A DNA stretch of 64,000 nt, taken from Octopus vulgaris. Taxonomy: Eukaryota. The position numbers were made by a program, and so were the translations under genes. Below are positions 53,134 to 64,000 of the stretch, piece after piece (the first letter of the stretch is position 1; each line of letters opens with the position of its first letter). A model generated the notes under the pieces. The model was not told where the DNA came from. It saw only the letters and a program-made list of their open reading frames with translations, and did not search any database. The stretch lies in assembly GCA_951406725.2 (NCBI GenBank), contig OX597840.1, positions 18,414,001-18,478,000 on the forward strand, read 5' to 3'.

Positions 53134-55060
53134 ATATATATATATATATCCATCCTAGTCATACCCTGTACCCGAATATGTAAAGTGTTGTGGGGTATGT
53201 AGCAATTAAAACTACTTCTGTGTCTGGGGTCTCATTTTTATGGAGACTGGAAAAGAAGGGATGCCTTACATTAGCCCTCCCCAACATAATACTCTATACA
53301 CATCTATACACACATACAGGGAGAGGCAAGCCCAGGCAAGTATAAGGAAACGCACACGCATAGAGGCAAACAACTGTAGATATTAGGGGTCACACACATA
53401 CACACATATACAGAGAAGCAAGTACATGCAGATATATGAACACATGCACACTCTTAAAAAAAAGTCAAGCACATGTTAATTTAAAACACACACACACACA
53501 CACACACACAGAAACAGAAACACACAGAGGTGAGCACATACTGATATAGACACACACACATACATACACACATGGTCAAGTATATGCAGATGTAAGGTAA
53601 CACACACACACAAGCACACACTGAGAAGCAAGTACTTTTGTTAATATATGGAAGTACACACACACACACACACAGAGGTAAGTACATAAATATATAAGGA
53701 AGAACACATACAGACACACTTACAGATGAGGATGCACACACACATATATATAAGGGAACACACACACACACACACACAGAGTCAAACGCATACATATCTA
53801 AGGAAGCATACACACATAGATATAAGGGAATGCACACATACACAAATAAGTACGTATGTACTCAAATCCATACACACACATATACATCTATATACATATG
53901 CATCCATCCATACACACACATACATCCATACACACACATATACATCCATACATGCACATACATCCATACACACACACACATCCATACACACACACACACA
54001 TCCATACACACACACATACATCCATACACACACACACACATCCATACACACATACATCCATACATATATCCATACGCACACACATGCATACACATACATG
54101 CATGCATTACATACATACACATACACACACACACACACATACATGCACACACACACACACACGCACACACACATACGCGTGCGCACACACACACACACAC
54201 TTCAGCCTGTATATCAACTGAAGAGGCATTACAGTTATTTCATAAATTGCCTCCAAGCATTTCTCTCTTTGCACTCAGCTGCTTGCACCAATTGCTTGGC
54301 CCCTGCATGTCGGGGTGGGTCTGTGTGTGTGTGTGGAACTAATTTGGAGGGGAGGGGCTGTTTATTACTTTTCCAGCTGACTCCATTTGAAGAAAAAAAA
54401 CAAGAAAAACAAAAATAGTCTCATCACCAGATTAATCCTCTTCCCCCTCTTTCTTTCTCTCTTCACCTTATTTTTCCTTTTCTTTATTTTTTACATCTTC
54501 TTTCTATCTTCTCTTTTTTCTTCTCCCTTTTTCTGCTTTCTTTTCTTTTTTCTTATTTCTTATCCTTTCTTCTTCTTCCTCCTCCTTTTTCCTTTCCTTC
54601 TTTCTTTTATTTTTCTTTTTTTTTCTCCTCCTCCTCCTCCTTCCATCTCCATCTTTTTCTTTCACTTCCATCTTTCCCCTCCTCCTAACTCCTCTCTCCT
54701 CCTCCCTCAAGGTGGTGTTCTTCCTCATACCCCCTCCTCCACCACCCCCACATCCCATCTCACATTTTCCCCCACCCCCACCCCCTTCCCCCACCCCAAC
54801 TCACCCCTACTTTCCACCAACACACATTCACTCATTTTTGGCCCCATTCCATCTGCCAACACTGATGGAGGGGCAGCACCCTTCCCTTACCGTTCATTCT
54901 CACAGCTTTTACTTGCATGTCAGATGCACCTTTCTCATCACGCTTCTCTCTCTCTTTCTCTCCTTCTCTCTATTTCTCTCTCTCTACCCCTCTCTCTCTG
55001 TCTATAATATATATATCCACCCATTTCTCTATCCATTCATTTTGCTCTCTCTCTCTCTCA

Positions 55061-55096
<36 letters not shown>

Positions 55097-55157
55097 TATA
55101 TATATATATATATAGACATAGATAGATATACACATGCACATACATATTCATACATAT

Positions 55158-55242
<85 letters not shown>

Positions 55243-55251
55243 TATATATAC

Positions 55252-55470
55252 CAGTGGTTTTCAACCAGGGTTCCTCGGAACCTTAGCGTTCCACCAGTAC
55301 AGTCCAGGGGTTCCGCAAGAAGTTACAAAACTGCTAAAATCGGCAGTAATTTATAATTCTCCTGTGCAGATATGTGTGCATAAGACAATTAAATTATTGC
55401 ACAGGGGTTCCTCGAGCCAGTGGAATGTTTCCTTGGGGTTCCGCTCCAGCAAAAAGTTTGAAAAGCACTG
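55252..55470. mobile_element. hAT (Charlie-like) MITE with 8-bp TSD
   Basis: TIR cagtggttttcaacc / gtttgaaaagcactg; flanks atatatac / atgtatac. Confidence 0.85.
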
Positions 55471-55658
55471 ATGTATACACATACATACACACACACATAC
55501 ACATCATCATTTAACGTCTGTTGTCCATGCTGGCATGGGTTGGACGGTTTGACTAGGCTGACATGCTGGAAGGCTGCGCCAGGCTCCAGTCTGATTTAGC
55601 ATGGCTTTCTATGGCTGGATGCCCTTCCAAACGCCAAAGGTGTTTTTATGTGCCACTG

Positions 55659-55692
<34 letters not shown>

Positions 55693-56726
55693 TTTTGGGG
55701 CTTGTTTCAGTCATTAGACTGTGGCTATGCTGGGGCACTACCTTTAAGAATTTTTAATTGAATGAATCGACCTTAATTCTTCGTTTTTAAACCTTCTGTT
55801 TTATTCTATCAATATTTTTTGGCTGAACTGCTAAGTTATAGGGATGTAAACATACCAACACTGGTTGTCAAATGGTGGCAGGGGACAAACAAACACAATG
55901 ACACACACACACAGTGGGACTGAACATGGAACCATGTCATTGAGAAACAAGCCTCTTACCACAGCCACATTTGCACTTACGTATATATGTGTATATAGAA
56001 AGGGGGAGAAAGGGAGGTGGACCCTATGACTAATCCCTTTATATCCATCCATATTGCTATTCCTAAAGTTCCCATATTGTCCTTGTTTAACCCCTGGTTA
56101 AACAACAACAACAGTATCACTAAAGACACTCTAATCATGACCATCTCATCTACATGGGAGGTGAGTGTCTAGGACTACATCATTGAATGTAAGATTGCTG
56201 AATGTGAGCTGAAGGGGATCTTTGCTGGTATTTCTAGCAGAAAGAGTGTCCATGCAGAGATGCTCTTGTTGACTGGTGCGTTATTGTTTAACCCCATGTT
56301 GGACTTAATCAAGTAGACTTCTGATTGTAGGTATTCCATCCTTGTCTGTCCGGTCTTTGCTGTTTCATTTTCTTATAATTTTTGTTTTTCGGGCATGGTG
56401 TACCTAAGACTACATTATATAATGTACTATGCTTTTTTTTTTTTAAAATATTGTAATGTGATTTGTAGAAGCCTTTTGCTGCTATTTCTAGTCCTGTTAA
56501 GTGACCATATTGAGGCTCTTTCATTGACTCATACATTCACTGGGGATGGAGGAGAGGAGGGATGGGAAGATGAAGATGTCTGTGTGTCCCTCCTGACTTG
56601 ATCTTCATCCATGTAGCTAGGTAATGGTGGAAGCAATCAAGTGTCCACCTGTGAGTCACAGCTAAAAATCCACTCTGTGTTCCTGTCCATTTTCTATGCA
56701 TCATCATGCCTTCCTTCCATCGAAGT

Positions 56727-57793
56727 CAGGAGTTCACGATAATTTTTTTTTTTTTTTTTACCTATCGACCCCTTTGATTACTATTTTATTCTGGTGGACC
56801 CTGCTATAGCCATTCAATGCTTAAAAACTAGTTTTATAGTAACTTATTTCAAAATCCCTATTTGGTTTCTCACACATTAACTTGTTTAGTTTGTACTACT
56901 ATTTTACTCTTTTACTTGTTTCAGTCATTTGACTGCGGCCATGCTGGAGCACCGCCTTTAGTCGAGCAAATCGACCCCAGGACTTATCCATTGTAAGCCT
57001 AGTACTTATTCTATCGGGCTCCTTTTACCGAACTGCTAAGTTACGGGGACATAAACACATCAGCATCGGTTGCCAAGCAATGTTGGGGGACAAACACAGA
57101 CGCACAAACATATACACACACACATATATATATATACACATATGTATGATGGGCTTCTTTCAGTTTCCATCTACCAAATCCACTCACAAAGCTTTGGTTG
57201 GCCTGAGGCTATAGTAGAAAACACTTGCCGAAGGTGCCACACAGTGGGACTGAACCTGGAACCATGTGGTTGGTAAACAAGCTACTTACCACACAGCCAC
57301 TCCTGCGCCTGTTCTCAATAATTTTTTTTTTTTTATCTATCGACCCCTTTGATTACTATTCTATTCTGGTGGACCCTGCTATAGCCATTCAATGTTTAAA
57401 AACTAGTTTTATAGAAACTTCTTTCAAAATCCCTGTTTTGTTTCTCACTCATTCACTTGTGTAGTTTGTACTGTGTAAAATGTTAGAGAAAGAAACCCAG
57501 CTGTTTCTTTCAATACATAACCAATACATACACCGAATGCGAAATTTTTTCAGGGGCGCTTAAAATATTCTTGTAGGTCTCCAGTTTACTATTTTGCCTG
57601 CTTGGACCCTCTTTTACCACTATTTTATTCTGGTGAACCCCCAAAGCCATTGCATGTTTAAAATCTAGTTTTATAGAAACTTCTTTCAAAATTCCAAATT
57701 TGTTTTTTACACATTAACTTGTGTAGGTTGAACTCTGTAAAATGTTAGAGAAAGAAACCCAGCTGTTTCTTGCAATACATAACCAATACATAC
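56727..57793. repeat. Three related ~160-220-bp units of a hAT-like element, interrupted by a full SINE A (56903-57310, minus)
   Basis: actattttattctggtggaccc...ctagttttatag repeated at ~56780, ~57355, ~57620. Confidence 0.75.
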
Positions 57794-58140
57794 ATCATCA
57801 TCGTTTAACGTCCACTTTCCATGCTAGCATGGGTTGGACGATTTGACTGAGGACTGGCGAACCAGATGGCTGCACCAGGCCCCAATCTGACCTGGCAGAG
57901 TTTCTACAGCTAGATGCCCTTCTTAACACCAACCACTCCGAGAGTGTGGAGGGTGCTTATACGTGCCACCAGCATGAGGGCCAGTCTGCCAGTACTGGCA
58001 ATAGCTATGCTCAAATGGTGTTTTTTATGTGCCACCTGCACAGGAGCCAGTCCAGTGGCACTGGCAACAACCTCGCTCAAATGCCTTTTTTTCACATGCC
58101 ATCGGCACAAGTGCCAGTAAGGTGAAGCTGGTAACGATCA
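57793..58140 (-). mobile_element. SINE-like element with (GAT)n tail and ggaagggcatccagc core (RTE-associated type); relatives near 18750-18965, 50540-50860, 51950-52103, 55500-55660
   Basis: catcatcatcgtttaacgtcc...gcatgggttggacg motif recurring. Confidence 0.7.
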
Positions 58141-58235
58141 GGCATGAATGATAACACTTCCAATCTGCTTAGTCTACAGGTTTTTTAGTAATAATAATAA
58201 TTATTATTATTATTATTATCATTATTATTATCATA

Positions 58236-58549
58236 TAAGGTTTGAGGATGAACAAAACACCCATGTTTCCAGAGGTGAATAATTCAAACCCCAAAGAATT
58301 CCTCTCAACACATGGCTAAGATGCTCCCCTCTACTTCTGCTCGTGATCAGAGATGCACATATCGTCAGCCACTAAGGGACATGTTCAACTGGTTAAGGTC
58401 AAACAACTGACAAGCAAATCTGTGGTATTGAGCAGAATATTTGCTGTAGCCCATCTTTTATACCAAGACAAAACAATGAACATGATAACACTTCCAATCA
58501 GTCGAAATGAGAAGCCATGAAAGCCACTGCCTGGTACTGCATCAGGGCA
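58236..58549. mobile_element. Partial third copy of the (TTA)n-embedded element, retaining terminus ctggtactgcatcagggca
   Basis: Collinear with 38580-38873; flanked by (TTA)n. Confidence 0.85.
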
Positions 58550-58999
58550 TTTATTATTATTATTATTATTATTATCATTATTATTATCATCATTATTATT
58601 ATCATTGTTATTATTATTATTATTATTGTGGTAGGGGTTGGGAGAGGAAGCCAGTTTTCTATCAAACAATTGAATTGAAAAACAAAAGTGAAAAAAAAAC
58701 CATAAAAAAACCCCAGCAAATCTGATTTTATTGATTGATAATTTTCAAATGAGTGAGGTTTTGTCCTCCCTCTTTGTCCCCTCCCCCTCCCTCTCTTTCT
58801 TTGTTATTTCTTCCCACCCTCGCCCTTGTCCTCTTTCAGTATTGTCTAAAGAGAGATCTCAGCCTTGATACCTCATGCTGCACAATCCATCCTCCACTTT
58901 CCAGATCCCATTCTCTCTTTAATTAACAACACAGGAACTACTTTCCTATAAAACTCTATTATTCTTTGATTACATTTTATTAAAACTCTATTAATTAAA

Positions 59000-59183
59000 T
59001 GGTGTTTTTCTTTTTTTCTTTTTCTTTCTTTTTCTTTTCTGATTGGTCTCCATTTCCTAACTGCAGACTAAATACTATCCTGAACACATGCACATTCTCT
59101 CTCTCTCTCTCTTGCACACACACTCACACTCTCTCTTCATCTGTGTTTATTTTTTTCCCCTCTCCTCCTGCCCACCTACATTC

Positions 59184-59263
<80 letters not shown>

Positions 59264-59375
59264 TCTCTCTCTCTCTCTCTGCTTTTCTTTCTTTCTCTCT
59301 CTCTCTCTATCTTGCACACACACTCACACTCTCTCTTCATCTGTATTTATTTTCCCCTCTCCTCCTGCCCACCTA

Positions 59376-59413
<38 letters not shown>

Positions 59414-59930
59414 TCTCCATCTCTTTCTCTCTTTTCTTTTTCTTCTTTCTTCCAATCTATTCTTGCACACACACATTCTCTTCTCTCCCTTTCCCCTCCC
59501 CCTCCCTCCTGCACACGCTCTCTCTTTCTCTCATACTCTCTTTATCTTCCTTTTTTTCCTTCTCATCTCATTTCCTCTTTCCCCTACCCACACTCCCCCT
59601 CACACTTTCCCTCACACAACATGACTTCTCCCTCTCTCCCCTGCCTCTTTCTCTTTTTCCTTCCCTCTCTTTGTCTCTTCTCCCTCCTTCACCTCTTTAC
59701 CTTGCTCATTCCTCTCTCTCTCTCTCTGCCTCCTCTCTCCTCTCCCCATCTCCATCCTTCTTGCCCTTCTACCTTCCTCTCTCAATTCTACTCTCCCTCT
59801 CCCTCCTCTTCTCTCTTTATCTTCACTTACCTCCCTCTATCCCCCCAACTGCACCTCCCTATTTTCTGTCCTCCTCCTCCTCTATCTCCTCCTCCAACCC
59901 CAACCTTAGTCCCACCCTCCCTCTCTATCA
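59000..59930. repeat. CT-rich low-complexity tract with an internal ~90-bp duplication (~59100 and ~59300)
   Basis: Directly visible. Confidence 0.9.
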
Positions 59931-60257
59931 CCAACACCAACCTTGTTAGTCACAACAAGAACCAAAGCAGCAACATCCTGGTTGCTTGACCTGCTAGAAA
60001 TAACAACACTCTCCCTTAAATCACAAACTCTAATATCTCCAAAAGACAAGATTACTCTTTTACTTGCTTCAGTCATTTTGACTGTGGCCATGCTGGAGCA
60101 CCACCTTTAGTCAAGCAACTCAACTTATTCTTTGTAAATCTAGTACTTATTCTATCGGTCTCTTTTGCTGAACCGCTAAGTTATGGGGACATAAACACAC
60201 CAGCTTCGGTTGTCAAGCAATGTTGAGGGGGACAAGCACAGACACACAGACAAACAA

Positions 60258-60294
<37 letters not shown>

Positions 60295-60355
60295 CATATA
60301 TACGATGGGCTTCTTTCAGTTTCTGTCTACCAAGTCCACTCACAAGGCTTTGGCA

Positions 60356-60729
60356 AACATGTAGTTTATAGGTGCTGTGTAGAGATATCTGCCACACAGA
60401 GGGTAAGGGCTTACACAGGAAGTACTATTGATTTTAAGTGTCGCCATAGGGCTCATTTGAATTCTTTTACTAACTTAAAATATAAATTCGCAACACTGGC
60501 CACAAATATAAACACGAACTTAAGTCAAAGAATATACAATATTCATCCATCTTGAGTTATAATAGCAGAAGCCCCTCCGTATAATACAGTTACCTGTAGA
60601 TGTAAATTATGTATTAAAGAATCTATAAACATTCTCTATCAATATAACTCTACATTATTGAGTAAGTTCTCGGATGCTATGTACTCATGTAACCATAGAT
60701 ACCATTCAATATTTAAGCATTTTGATTGA
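60356..60729 (+). pseudogene. Penelope-like element GIY-YIG endonuclease fragment (decayed)
   Basis: VVYRC..RAYTGSTIDFKCRHRAHLNSF...*VIIAEAPPYNTVTCRCKLCIKESINIL...LLSK...CNH: GIY-YIG core plus C-x2-C...C-x-H tail; one stop and probable compensating frameshifts. Confidence 0.8.
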
Positions 60730-60837
60730 TCCGGATAGTCTGATCATCAAACTCTATAATTAGCTAGAGTCTACCTAATATTCATACTCACAACACCCTT
60801 CACCTTTGTCTTAGTGAATAATTCTCTTTTTTATTTT

Positions 60838-62030
60838 TCTCTTTTTACTTGTTTCAGTCATTTTGACTACGGCCATGCCGGAGCACCGCCTTTAATCGAG
60901 CAACTTGACCTCGGGACTTATTCTTTGTAAGCCCAGTACTTATTCTATCGGTCTCTTTTGCCGAACCGCTAAGTGACGGGGACATAAACATACCAGCATT
61001 GGTTGTCAAGCAATGCTAGGGGGACAAACACAGACACACAAACATACACGCACACATATATATACATATATACGACGGGCTTCTTTCAGTTTCCGTGTCT
61101 ACCAAATCCACTCACAAGGCTTTGGTCGGCAGGAGGCTATAGTAGAAGACACTTGCCCAAGGTGCTACGCAGTGGGACTAAACCTGGAACCATGTGGTTG
61201 GTAAACAAGCTACTTACCACACAGCCACTCCTGCGCCTACACTCCTGTGCCTCAACCCTAACCCTAATTACCATACTTTCTAAATTTACTTCCCACAATT
61301 CTTGCTAGGAATCAAAAAAGCGGAATCCATCAGGTGTGGCTATGTGGCAAGAAGCTTGCTTCCCAAGTATGTGGTTCCAGGTTCAGTCCCATTATGTGGT
61401 ACCTTGGGTGCCTTTTTCCATAGCCTTGTGAGTGGATTTGGTAGACAGAAACTAAAATGGAAACTGAAAGGCGGCAAGTTGGCAGAAACGTTAGCACGCC
61501 GGGCGAAATGCTTAGCGGTATTTCGTCTGCCATTACGTTCTGAGTTCAAATTCCGCCGAGGTTGACTTAGCCTTTTGTCCTCTCGGAGTCGATAAATTAA
61601 GTACCAGTTACACACTAGGGTCAATGTAATCGACTTAATCCCTTTGTCTGTCCTTGTTTGTCCCCTCTGTGTTTAGCCCCTTGTGGGCAATAAAGAAATA
61701 AGAAACTGAAAGAAGCCTGATGTGTGTGTGCATGTGTCTTTGTGTCTGTTTGTACCCCACCACTGCTTGACAACTGGTGTTAGTGTGTTTATGTCCCCGA
61801 GACTTAGCAGTTTGGCAAAATGAGACCAGTAGAATTAGTACCAGGCTTTAAAAAAAAAAGAAAAATAAGCATGAGTGGCTGTGTGGTAAGTAGCTTGCTT
61901 ACCAACCACATGGTTCCGGGTTCAGTCCCACTGCGTGGCACCTTGGGCAAGTGTCTTCCACTATAGCCTCGGGCTGACCAAAGCCTTGTGAGTGGATTTG
62001 GTAGACGGAAACTGAAAGAAGCCCGTCGTA

Positions 62031-62070
<40 letters not shown>

Positions 62071-62288
62071 TGTGTGTGTTAGTGTGTCTGTGTTTGTCCC
62101 CCTAGCATTGCTTGACAACCGATGCTGGTGTGTTTATGTCCCCGTCACCTAGCAGTTCGGCAAAAGAGACCGATAGAATAAGTACTGGGCTTACAAAGAA
62201 TAAGTCCCGGGGTCGAGTTGCTCGACTAAAGGTGGTGCTCCAGCATGGCCGCAGTCAAATGACTGAAACAAGTAAAAGAGTAAAGAGT
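60838..62288. mobile_element. SINE A (60838-61238 minus), SINE A interrupted by SINE B (61471-61701), and young SINE A (61870-62288 plus)
   Basis: Consensus matches; gaaactgaaag duplicated at 61460-61470 and 61702-61712. Confidence 0.85.
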
Positions 62289-62479
62289 ATGAGGGTCACT
62301 CTATTTGACTAATTGTTCTTCCATGTGGTGCCCCAGCATGGCCGTAGAATAATGACTGAAACAAGTAAAAGGAGAAAAGATGACAAAAATGAATTTAGTG
62401 ATTCTTGAGTGGTTCTTTTGTTGATGCTGGGTAGATTAAGGGTGGTCTCTGTCACTTTATCCTCATCCTGACAATACAC

Positions 62480-62806
62480 ACACCACCACCACTATCACCA
62501 CCACTACTACCACAACCACCACCACATACCATGATGCTGGCCACCACCACTAACACCACCACCACCATCTTGCTGCCAACTAGATTCCACTAGAGGTTTT
62601 CTTAACAAAATTTGACACCAGCCAACAATGTGATTGCTTCTGTCTGTCTGTGTGTCTATTTATTTATTTATTTATTTATTAAGAGGGTGAGTGGTAGTGG
62701 TGGTGGTGGTGGTAATGGTGGTTGCAGCTGTTGTTATTGTTGATAGTGATACTGATAGGGGAGTGTTCTTTTTGTATTGATGGTGGTGGTGCTGTGATTG
62801 TAATCA

Positions 62807-62841
<35 letters not shown>

Positions 62842-62904
62842 CTAGTAGTCATGCTGGTGGTGTGATAGTCCTGTTTGTAGTGTGGTAGTAGTAGTCATGG
62901 TGGT

Positions 62905-62964
<60 letters not shown>

Positions 62965-63240
62965 TGGTCGTAGTAGTAGCAGTAGTAGTAGTAGTAGTAA
63001 AAGTTGTGATGGTGGTTGTCATCCTGCTATGGTTAGTCTATGGTAGTAGTAATAGTACTAGTATCAGTATTGGTATTACTAACAGTGTTAGTGCTTGCTA
63101 GTGCTGGGCAGAGCTAGAGGTGGTGGAGGTGGTGTTGCTGCTGCTGCTGCTGCTGGTGGTGGTGGTGGGACATTTTTACTATTGTTGCCATGGTGATATT
63201 GCTGTTTTGGATGATGGTAGTGGTAATAGTAGCAGCAGAA
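62480..63240. repeat. (ACC)n, (GGT)n, (GTA)n trinucleotide tracts
   Basis: Directly visible. Confidence 0.9.
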
Positions 63241-63244
63241 GCAG

Positions 63245-63420
63245 TAAAGGCCTGAAATTTTGGTGGGAAGGAGACAAGCCAATTACACTGACCCCAACCC
63301 CCATGCTCAACTGGTACTTATTTTATGGACCCCTGAAAGGATCAAAGACAAAGCCAACCTCAGTGGAATTTGAACTCAGCTTTTTTACCCTGTGTGGTAA
63401 CGATTCTGCCAGCTCACACC

Positions 63421-63455
<35 letters not shown>

Positions 63456-63851
63456 TCTTTCTATTATAGGCACAAGGCCTGAAATTTGGTGGGAGGGGCT
63501 AGTTGATTACATCGATTCCAGTACTTGACTGGTAATTAATTTAAGGACCTCAAAAAGATGAAAGGCAAAGTCGACCTTGGTGGAATTTGAACTCAGAATG
63601 TAGCGACAGATGAAATACCTATTTCTTTATTACCCATAAGGAGCTGAATATTAGAGGGGACAAACAAAGACAGACATAGGTATTAAGTCCATTACATCGA
63701 CCCCAGTGCGTAACTGGTACTTAATTTATCGACCCCGAAAGGATGAAAGGTAAAGTCGACCTCGTCAGAATTTGAACTCACAATGTAATGGCAGACGAAA
63801 TATCACTAAGCAATTTGTCTGGCATGCTAACAATTCTGCCAGCACAGCGCC

Positions 63852-63887
<36 letters not shown>

Positions 63888-64000
63888 GTTTCAAATTTTG
63901 GCACAAGGCCAGCAACTTCGGGGAAGGGGTTAAATCAGTTAAAGTGATCCCAGTGCTCTTAATTTATTGACCCTGAAAGGATAAAAGGTAAAGTCGCCCT
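63245..64000 (-). mobile_element. Tandem SINE B array separated by (TAA)n
   Basis: Monomer, dimer and start of a further copy, with heads abutting (TAA)n. Confidence 0.85.

Noticed and set aside
56727-57472. ~165-bp duplication flanking a SINE A as a giant TSD
   Set aside because: Copies are visibly diverged and a third unit follows; more likely tandem units of a hAT-like element
60553-60555. In-frame TGA as selenocysteine (as in Naiad Penelope elements)
   Set aside because: Appears to fall at a Trp position (W-x-I-I) rather than Cys; fragment has frameshifts and no convincing SECIS downstream
43-63970. Hundreds of 60-300 aa ORFs (YI-, CV-, HT-, SL-rich; recurring 'YQIHSQGFGRPEAIVEDTCPRCH')
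   Set aside because: Translations of microsatellites, low-complexity tracts and SINE consensus; not genes

Overview
Eukaryotic, repeat-saturated DNA with no operons or CRISPR. The SINE and microsatellite landscape resembles an Octopus/coleoid cephalopod genome (inference from pattern recognition, not searched). Nearly all supplied ORFs are microsatellite or SINE artefacts. The best gene signal is on the + strand. A first coding exon (ATG 729 to donor after 813) encodes a clear signal peptide, MVAKRDGFWILLYLILFLSGIFG|QNISP, and ends in phase 1. About 33 kb later a 33-nt AG/GT-bounded microexon (34073-34105) reads GVESTPAAPRG in the same phase, so most of the window is probably intron of a secreted or cell-surface protein gene. 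The introns hold five or more tRNA-headed SINE families (one forming fixed-junction multimers), a (TAA)n-embedded ~540-bp element, CR1-type and Penelope GIY-YIG fragments, Penelope-type minimal hammerhead motifs, mariner/hAT/telomere-repeat MITEs and several long palindromes. CpG retention appears to switch to CpG decay near 45 kb. Repeat boundaries were read by eye and are approximate.
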